Shown here: positions 57,864 through 64,000 of the stretch, in pieces | Layout of the letters: each line of letters starts with the position of its first letter | How positions within the stretch are numbered: position 1 is the stretch's first letter | Assembly (NCBI GenBank): GCA_050742455.1 | Contig: JBOGIG010000004.1 | Coordinates: 96,613-160,612 of the forward strand | DNA: 64,000 nucleotides | Reading direction: 5' to 3' | Source: Acidimicrobiales bacterium | Lineage (GTDB): Bacteria; Actinomycetota; Acidimicrobiia; Acidimicrobiales; JBOGIG01 | The notes under the pieces: model-generated | Told to the model about the DNA's origin: nothing | Database searches by the model: none | What the model saw: the letters and a program-made list of their open reading frames with translations, nothing else | Translations under genes and position numbers: made by a program

Positions 57864-58914
57864 TCAGCTGGCGGGCCCTCTCGTCGGCCAGGGCGGCGTC
57901 GCTGAGCTCGTCCAGGGCCCCGAGCAGGACCCGGTCGAGCTTGTGCAGGGTCAGGCCAATTCGATGATCCGTCACCCGGTTGTCCTTGAAGTTGTAGGTA
58001 CGGATCTTCTCCGATCGACCGCCACCCCCCACCTGGGAACGACGCTGCTCGGACAGCTCGGCGGCCTGGCGGTCCTGCTCGGCCTTCAACAGGCGAGCCC
58101 GCAACACCTGCATGGCCTTGGCTCGGTTTTGTATTTGGCTCTTCTCGTCCTGCATGGCCACCACGATCCCGGTGGGCAGGTGAGTGATGCGCACGGCGGA
58201 ATCGGTGGTGTTGACCGACTGACCCCCCGGCCCGGTCGATCGGTAAACGTCGACCTTGAGGTCGTTGGGATCCAGGGCAACGTCCACCTCCTCGGCCTCG
58301 GGAAGGACCGTCACCGTTGCCGAGGAGGTGTGGATGCGACCCTGGGACTCGGTTACCGGCACCCTTTGCACCCGGTGCGGTCCTCCTTCGAACTTCATGC
58401 GGCGCCAGGCATCGTCGCCCCTGAGGATGAAGGTGATCTCGTTGTAACCACCACGCTCGGACGGGTCGGATCCGAGGGCCTCCATCTTCCAGCCCATGCG
58501 TGAGGCGTAGTGGGTGTACATGTCGTAGAGGTCCTTGGCGAAAAGGTTGGCCTCCTCGCCCCCCTCTGCCCCCCTGATCTCGACTATGACTCCCTTGCCG
58601 TCGTTGGGATCCGTCGGCAACAACAACAACTTGATGTCGGCCTCGGCCTGCTCCAACCGGGCCTGGGCGTCATCGACTTCGGCCCGCATCGATTCCCGAT
58701 CCTCGGGTCCGGCGTCGGCTGACATCTCCCGAGCCGCCTCCAGATCACCTTGGGCCGCCCTCAGCGCCCGTATGGCCACGACGATGGTCTCCAGCTGCTT
58801 GTGGCGGCGCGAAAGATCACGCACCAGGTTCTGATCGGAAAGCACCACCGGATCGCTCAACTGGGCCACAACCTCGCCGTGTTCGGCCTCCAGGTCATCC
58901 AGGCGTTCGATCAC
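57841..58914 (-). CDS. prfA: Peptide chain release factor 1
   Basis: GGQ motif (STGPGGQSVNTT) and PVT tripeptide (RVQRVPVTESQGRIHTS). Start set at GTG 58914, giving about 357 aa (typical RF1 length). The track ORF extends to 59061. Confidence 0.93.
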   Translation of the reverse strand: MIERLDDLEAEHGEVVAQLSDPVVLSDQNLVRDLSRRHKQLETIVVAIRALRAAQGDLEAAREMSADAGPEDRESMRAEVDDAQARLEQAEADIKLLLLPTDPNDGKGVIVEIRGAEGGEEANLFAKDLYDMYTHYASRMGWKMEALGSDPSERGGYNEITFILRGDDAWRRMKFEGGPHRVQRVPVTESQGRIHTSSATVTVLPEAEEVDVALDPNDLKVDVYRSTGPGGQSVNTTDSAVRITHLPTGIVVAMQDEKSQIQNRAKAMQVLRARLLKAEQDRQAAELSEQRRSQVGGGGRSEKIRTYNFKDNRVTDHRIGLTLHKLDRVLLGALDELSDAALADERARQLSGETERS

Positions 58915-59000
58915 CCGGCCCAGGCTACCGGCCCCCTGGGCCGTCCCGTCCGTGTCCTGTGCGCAGGCGCCCCGGCCAGCCGAAAGGGGCAGGCAGGCGA

Positions 59001-59963
59001 TCAGGACCGCTTCAGGTCCCGCCAATGTGTCGGGACCAGCCGCACTTGAGCGGGCGAACACAGGGCCTGTGCCATCCGGCGGGTGTTGGGGTGGTCATCG
59101 CCCTCGGGCACGACGATCCACAACTCAACCGCCTGCCCCACAGTGGACCGCGCCCGGGCTGCCAGATCGGCAGCGGCGGGCACCAGGTCGGGATCCACGC
59201 CCACCGAGCAAACCACCGCCACTGCAGGGCCCGAGCCGCGCAGACCCAAGCAGGCGGCCGGAGCACGGGAACCCAGATCGGGGCGGGACACGGTGCCGGG
59301 CAACGGAGCCAGGATGCCTGGGGCATCCGGACCGAGCAGCTCGGGTAGGGCCATGATCACGGACCGAAGCCAACGCTCAGGGGCCAGCTGGTTGGCCGGA
59401 TGGGCCGGCAGCCCCATCCGGCGCCAGCGTCTGACCACATGAAGGGCCTTAGCCAGCGCAGAGGCCGGGTCGTAGTGGCCCTCGACCAAGCTGCGCAGTT
59501 CCCGGTCGTAACGGCCCACGCCGACGTCGAGGACCCATTGATCATCCCTGGAGATCACCCGGGCCACTTCGAGACCCAGATACTCGGCTCGAACCGAACC
59601 CTCTTCGACCACCGCCTCTGCCCCAGAGCCCTCGATCATCTCCACCCAAGCCAGGGCCGGGGCCGGGGCCTCGGCTTCGACAGCCAGATCCGATTCCTGA
59701 GCCTCGACCGGCAGGATAACGGACGATTCCCCCGTCAGCTGCCACACCTTGGGACACGGTACGAAATATTTAGCCTTGCGGGCCAGGTCGCCCGCACCAG
59801 GATCGACCAGGATATCCAGTTCGTCCACCCCTTCGGAGTGGCCCCAGGCCAGCGCCGGACCCATGGCCCGTTCCGGGCCGTGGGTGACCAGGAACCATCC
59901 GCGTGACTGCCGCAGTGCCACGGCGGCATTCACCGCCCCGACCCGCAGGCTTCGCGCCAGCAC
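59001..59963 (-). CDS. Hypothetical protein, no recognisable family
   Basis: The frame is open from 60176, which overlaps rpmE. Plausible non-overlapping starts are GTG 59963, TTG 59993 and CTG 60041. In a 60-nt sample, GC by codon position was pos1 80%, pos2 55%, pos3 75%, which is coding-like. No catalytic motif identified. Confidence 0.5.
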   Translation of the reverse strand: MLARSLRVGAVNAAVALRQSRGWFLVTHGPERAMGPALAWGHSEGVDELDILVDPGAGDLARKAKYFVPCPKVWQLTGESSVILPVEAQESDLAVEAEAPAPALAWVEMIEGSGAEAVVEEGSVRAEYLGLEVARVISRDDQWVLDVGVGRYDRELRSLVEGHYDPASALAKALHVVRRWRRMGLPAHPANQLAPERWLRSVIMALPELLGPDAPGILAPLPGTVSRPDLGSRAPAACLGLRGSGPAVAVVCSVGVDPDLVPAAADLAARARSTVGQAVELWIVVPEGDDHPNTRRMAQALCSPAQVRLVPTHWRDLKRS

Positions 59964-60048
59964 AGGCTCACCGCCCCAGTGCCGGCCTACCAAGCTCGAC
60001 AGCCTGGCCGCGGCCAGGCTGTCGGATCGGATCTGTTGCAGAGCGCGA

Positions 60049-60270
60049 TTACTTCGTCGAGGGCGTCCCGGGGCGTCGGCCGTAACGGCGCTCGAAGCGC
60101 TCCACCCGCCCCCCGGTGTCGACCAGCTTCTGCTTGCCGGTGTAAAAGGGGTGGCACTCGTTGCACAGCTCGACATGCAGGTCCTGCTTGGTCGAGCGAG
60201 TGGTGAAGGTGCTTCCGCAGGAACAGCGCACCGAGGCTTCGGTGTAGTTGGGGTGGATGTCGGTCTTCAT
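60049..60270 (-). CDS. rpmE: 50S ribosomal protein L31 (Zn-ribbon type)
   Basis: [47 protein letters not shown]. The CxC...CxxC pattern and the HPFYTG motif are present. Confidence 0.95.
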   Translation of the reverse strand: MKTDIHPNYTEASVRCSCGSTFTTRSTKQDLHVELCNECHPFYTGKQKLVDTGGRVERFERRYGRRPGTPSTK

Positions 60271-60347
60271 GGCTCTCCTATTATATGGACGCCTGGTCCT
60301 GTCCAGACTTTGGGGACCCGCAGCCTTCGATCCCGGACGGATCACGC

Positions 60348-62384
60348 TCAGACTCCGGGCCCCTTGGCGATCTCGGCCAGAAAGTCCTCGTTGCCCGCCG
60401 TAGTCTTGATCTTGTCCATGAGCAGCTCCAACCCGGCTGCCGCCGTGCCCTCGCTGCCCAGGGCGCTAAGGACCCGGCGCAATTTCCATACCTGGGCCAG
60501 CTGGGAGCGATCGAACAACAGCTCCTCGTGGCGGGTGGAGCTGGCATTGACGTCAATGGCCGGGTAGATACGCCGCTCGGCCAGGCGACGGTCCAGACGA
60601 AGTTCCATGTTGCCCGTGCCCTTGAACTCCTCGAAGATGACCTCGTCCATGCGGCTACCGGTCTCCACTAGGGCAGTGGCGAGGATGGTGAGAGAACCAC
60701 CTTCTTCGATGTTGCGAGCGGAACCGAAGAACTTCTTTGGCGGGTAAAGAGCGCCGGAATCCACCCCGCCGGACATGATGCGCCCAGTGGCCGGTTGGGC
60801 CAGGTTGTAGGCCCGGGCCAGGCGGGTAATCCCGTCCAGGACTATGACCACATCGCGGCCCTGCTCCACTAGTCGCTTGGCTCTTTCGATGGCGAGTTCG
60901 GCCACCAGGGTGTGCTCCTCCGATGGTCGGTCGAAGGTCGAGGCGATGACCTCGCCCTTGACCGATCGCCTCATGTCGGTGACTTCCTCGGGGCGCTCAT
61001 CGACCAACAGGACCATGAGATGGACGTCGGGATTGTTGGCTTCGATTGAGTGGGCAATCTGCTTGAGGACGGTGGTCTTTCCCGCCTTGGGGGGGGAAAC
61101 GATAAGCCCTCGCTGACCCTTGCCAATGGGAGATAGCAGATCGACGATCCTGGCCGTCATGTTGGCCGAATCGCCAGGGACTTCGAGACTGAGGCGCGAG
61201 TCGGGGAACAAGGGGGTCAGGTCCTCGAATCGGGGTCGGCTCTTGGCGTCCTCGATTGACATGGAGTTGACACTGTCAATGCGCAGCATGGCTGGGTAGC
61301 GTTCGCTGGCCCCCGCCGGCCTGCACTCCCCCACCAGGTAATCGCCCTTGCGCAGGGCAAAGCGGCGCACCTGGCTGATGGAAATGTAGACGTCGTTGGC
61401 GTTGGGCAGGAAACCCTTGGTCCGCAAGAACCCGTAACCCTCGTCCCTCAGGTCCAAGAGTCCCTCGACGGCCACCGGCTCGCCCTGGAATGCGGCTTCG
61501 GCGCCGGCGCCCTGCAGATCACGATCGCCGCCCCCGCCGCCCGGGCTGTTACCGCCCCCCGAGGACCGATCTCGGCCCCGACGCCGCCGATTCTTCCGAT
61601 TGCCCGGTTCCACCGAACCCTCGAAATTGCCCGCCTGGTTGTTGCGTTGGCCACCGGCCGTCTGCCCCTGGCTCTGATTGGATCCCTGGTTCTGATTGGA
61701 TCCCTGGTTCTGATTGCGCTGGCTGGGCCCACTCTGGCGTCCGTTGCCGGAACGTCCCCCACCCTGAACCTGATGGGTATCGGGCGACGACGGCGATCCA
61801 TTCGCTCCACCGGCGCCGCCCCCATCCAACCCGTCCCGGACCAGTTCGGCGGCGGCGTTGGAACCGGCCTTTCCGGCCTCTACGCCGTTAGACGGGGCAG
61901 GAGCCCTCACCGGCCGATCGTTACCCGATAACCCTGCAGGCATGGTTGCCTGCGACTCCGGATCCTTTGCGCCGTTCAACGACGAACCCGGTGAAGAGAT
62001 CCCGCCACCAAGAAGGGAAGGCGGATCGATACTGGCTTGCGGCTCAGATCCAACTTTGGCCTCACCATGGCCATCCCCGTCGGCGCCGGCCCGACCGTTC
62101 AGGATTGTTCCATCCTGGCCGGTCCCGTCCTCGGTGGCTTTGGCCTTGGACACTCGGGGTTTGCGCGTCCGAGCCGGCGTGACGGGCGGCTCTGATGCCG
62201 TCGCAACGCTTCCCCCGTCTTCGTGAACCGGATGTACCCCCGTGGCTAGCAAGATCTGATCGATGATGTCAGCCTTCTTGGCCCGGGCTCCGGGTTTGAG
62301 GGCCATGGCCCCGGCAATGGCGTGTAGTTCATCACGCTCTTTGGATTCGAGAACCGATCGTTCGATCTGTGGTTCTGCGCTCAC
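60348..62384 (-). CDS. rho: Transcription termination factor Rho with a long Gly/Asn/Gln/Ser-rich N-terminal insertion
   Basis: Walker A PPKAGKT. RNA-binding and ATPase domains are Rho-like. Start set at GTG 62384 ([24 protein letters not shown]) with GAGG upstream. The track ORF starts at 62408. Confidence 0.95.
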   Translation of the reverse strand: MSAEPQIERSVLESKERDELHAIAGAMALKPGARAKKADIIDQILLATGVHPVHEDGGSVATASEPPVTPARTRKPRVSKAKATEDGTGQDGTILNGRAGADGDGHGEAKVGSEPQASIDPPSLLGGGISSPGSSLNGAKDPESQATMPAGLSGNDRPVRAPAPSNGVEAGKAGSNAAAELVRDGLDGGGAGGANGSPSSPDTHQVQGGGRSGNGRQSGPSQRNQNQGSNQNQGSNQSQGQTAGGQRNNQAGNFEGSVEPGNRKNRRRRGRDRSSGGGNSPGGGGGDRDLQGAGAEAAFQGEPVAVEGLLDLRDEGYGFLRTKGFLPNANDVYISISQVRRFALRKGDYLVGECRPAGASERYPAMLRIDSVNSMSIEDAKSRPRFEDLTPLFPDSRLSLEVPGDSANMTARIVDLLSPIGKGQRGLIVSPPKAGKTTVLKQIAHSIEANNPDVHLMVLLVDERPEEVTDMRRSVKGEVIASTFDRPSEEHTLVAELAIERAKRLVEQGRDVVIVLDGITRLARAYNLAQPATGRIMSGGVDSGALYPPKKFFGSARNIEEGGSLTILATALVETGSRMDEVIFEEFKGTGNMELRLDRRLAERRIYPAIDVNASSTRHEELLFDRSQLAQVWKLRRVLSALGSEGTAAAGLELLMDKIKTTAGNEDFLAEIAKGPGV
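61664..61720. repeat. 18-bp tandem repeat (about 3 units) inside the rho insertion (encodes [16 protein letters not shown])
   Basis: ctgattggatccctggtt x2 (61673-61708), with related flanking partial units. Confidence 0.85.
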
Positions 62385-62709
62385 AGTGCACCTCGCTTGC
62401 TCGCACACTCAGAAGCAAATAGTTGGAAGGAAAACGCACACACTGGGCCCGGATCCGCCCCGGTTCTGCTCGAACTGCCTCGAAGGATTCTTTGGAAGGT
62501 CCCCGAGAGCGGCACCGAACGTGCCCCCTGCCTGCACACCTCTATTTCCATTGGCCCGGCGACATGAACATCATCGACTGGACCAGGGAAGTAGAGGCTC
62601 CCCAGAACACAGTTGAGTCCGGGGGGGTTCACCAGGTAGATCTGGTGGTGACCGGTCAAAGATTAGCCAATCCACCTGGTCCTGGCAAACCGGGGTCTCG
62701 GGCTGTCGG

Positions 62710-63759
62710 CTAGAGGCCCAACTCCCTGCGCACAGCGTCGTAGCCGGCATCCACCGCCACGGGTACGGCGATCTGGCTGATGGCGACGTCGGGGTCCTTG
62801 AGCCCGTGCCCGGTCAGAACGCAAACCACCGTGGAGCCGGCCGGGATGTCGGACTTGATCAGTCCCGCCACCGAAGCGGCGGACGCCGGCTCGCAAAAAA
62901 CGGACTCCTCCGAAGCCAATAACTTGTACGCCTCCAGTATCTCTTCGTCGCTCACGGCCGAGATCGATCCACCGCTCTCGGCGGCGGCCGCCGTGGCCCC
63001 GTACCAAGAAGCCGGCTTGCCGATTCTTATGGCGGTGGCCACGGTCTCGGGATTGTCGATGGGGTGACCGGCGACGATGGGTGCAGCTCCCGCCGCTTGG
63101 AACCCCAGCATGGCCGGAAGCTTGGTGGAATGACCGGCTTGCTTGTACTGGAGATAACCCCGCCAGTAGGCCGTAATATTCCCGGCGTTGCCCACCGGGA
63201 TGCAGACGAAGTCAGGGGCGTCGCCGAGAACGTCAACAATCTCGAAGGCGCCGGTCTTCTGTCCTTCTATGCGATGCGGGTTGACGGAGTTGACCACGGT
63301 GACAGCAGCTCGCTGTCCCAGTTCTCGCACGATGTCCAAGGCATCGTCGAAGTTGCCCCGGATCTGGAGCACCCGGGCCCCGTGAACGAGGGCCTGGGCC
63401 AGTTTCCCGAGCGCTATGTAGCCTTCAGGGATGAGCACGACGCAGGTCAACCCGGCCCGAGCCGAATATGCGGCGGCCGACGCCGAGGTGTTGCCCGTCG
63501 AGGCGCACACGACCGCCTTGGCCCCATCTTCCAAGGCCTTGGTGATGGCCATGGTCATACCCCGGTCCTTGAACGAGCCGGTGGGATTCAGGCCCTCCAC
63601 TTTGAGATAGACATCGGCGCCCATCCGATCCGAAAGGCGTGGGGCCTTCAGCAATGGGGTCGCCCCTTCGCCGAGGCTAACCACCGGGGTGTCGGGTGAG
63701 ACATCGAAGAATGGGCGGTACTCCTCGATAATCCCTCGCCACCCGAGTCCCGCGCTCAC
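62710..63759 (-). CDS. thrC: Threonine synthase
   Basis: 349 aa. PLP-lysine motif [14 protein letters not shown] overlap with the hom stop. Confidence 0.96.
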   Translation of the reverse strand: MSAGLGWRGIIEEYRPFFDVSPDTPVVSLGEGATPLLKAPRLSDRMGADVYLKVEGLNPTGSFKDRGMTMAITKALEDGAKAVVCASTGNTSASAAAYSARAGLTCVVLIPEGYIALGKLAQALVHGARVLQIRGNFDDALDIVRELGQRAAVTVVNSVNPHRIEGQKTGAFEIVDVLGDAPDFVCIPVGNAGNITAYWRGYLQYKQAGHSTKLPAMLGFQAAGAAPIVAGHPIDNPETVATAIRIGKPASWYGATAAAAESGGSISAVSDEEILEAYKLLASEESVFCEPASAASVAGLIKSDIPAGSTVVCVLTGHGLKDPDVAISQIAVPVAVDAGYDAVRRELGL

Positions 63760-64000
63760 CGCGATCGACCCCCTTCGCCCTCTCCACCCGCTTCCGACGT
63801 CACCACGCGCAGCAGGCCGCCGATGCGCTCGACACAGGGCTGGAGGCGCAGGCCGCGCAGGGTGGCCTGCATGTCCGATTCCCGGGCCCGGTGGGTAATG
63901 AAGATCAAGCGAGCCTCACCACCCAGGTCGGCCTGCTCCATGGAGCGGATGGACACCCCGTGTTGACCGAAGACGTCGGCCACGGTAGCGAGCACACCGG
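63756..64000 (-). CDS. hom: Homoserine dehydrogenase, C-terminal ACT-domain part (gene continues past window end)
   Basis: [21 protein letters not shown]...ARLIFITH is the Hom regulatory domain. The frame stays open to position 64000. Sits directly upstream of thrC. Confidence 0.85.
   Translation of the reverse strand, partial: GVLATVADVFGQHGVSIRSMEQADLGGEARLIFITHRARESDMQATLRGLRLQPCVERIGGLLRVVTSEAGGEGEGGRSR

Noticed and set aside
59001-60176. Idea that the unknown ORF is a divergent GHMP homoserine kinase replacing the missing thrB
   Set aside because: RGSGPAVAVV resembles GHMP motif III, and the length (about 320 aa) is similar. However, there is no PxGSGLGSSAA-type motif II (only DPGAGDLA) and no N-terminal PGFD-type motif. 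The resemblance is too thin to call.

Overview
High-GC, actinobacterial-type core chromosome with almost gap-free coding, mostly on the minus strand. All calls rest on reading the supplied translations and the DNA by eye; no searches were run. Left to right: ilvC-ilvN-ilvB with a candidate leader-peptide attenuator, then ilvD. Next is a thioredoxin-fold gene interrupted by a single in-frame TGA (candidate selenoprotein), an acyl-CoA dehydrogenase and gatCAB. A small ferredoxin / hydrolase / hypothetical / phosphotransferase operon follows, then an SCP2 protein, an MFS transporter, an SDR and a PASTA Ser/Thr kinase. After iscS-mnmA-ligA and galT comes a complete GlgE alpha-glucan block: glgE-treS-pep2-glgB with divergent glgP. 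Then enoyl-CoA hydratase, meaB, murA, an S9 peptidase, glpX, a multi-PAS GGDEF cyclase and a 2H-phosphoesterase/GNAT fusion. The right third holds the full F1Fo ATP synthase operon (atpZ/I-B-E-F-H-A-G-D-C) and wecA-glyA-tsaC-prmC-prfA-[unknown ORF]-rpmE-rho-thrC-hom. This third is syntenic with the M. tuberculosis hom-thrC-thrB-rho-rpmE-prfA-hemK-sua5-rfe-atp block, with three differences: thrB is absent, an unknown ORF sits between rpmE and prfA, and glyA is inserted. I recognised no rRNA, tRNA, CRISPR array, transposase, prophage or defence island, so this looks like core genome rather than an accessory region. Items most worth a second look: (1) the TGA-containing redoxin with a SECIS-like hairpin; (2) frequent short tandem duplications, about 18 bp being the commonest unit, lying in-frame inside essential genes and three times spanning a stop codon; (3) the unknown ORF in the rpmE-prfA gap together with the missing thrB; (4) a delta subunit with a duplicated N-terminal domain that is not fused to b.
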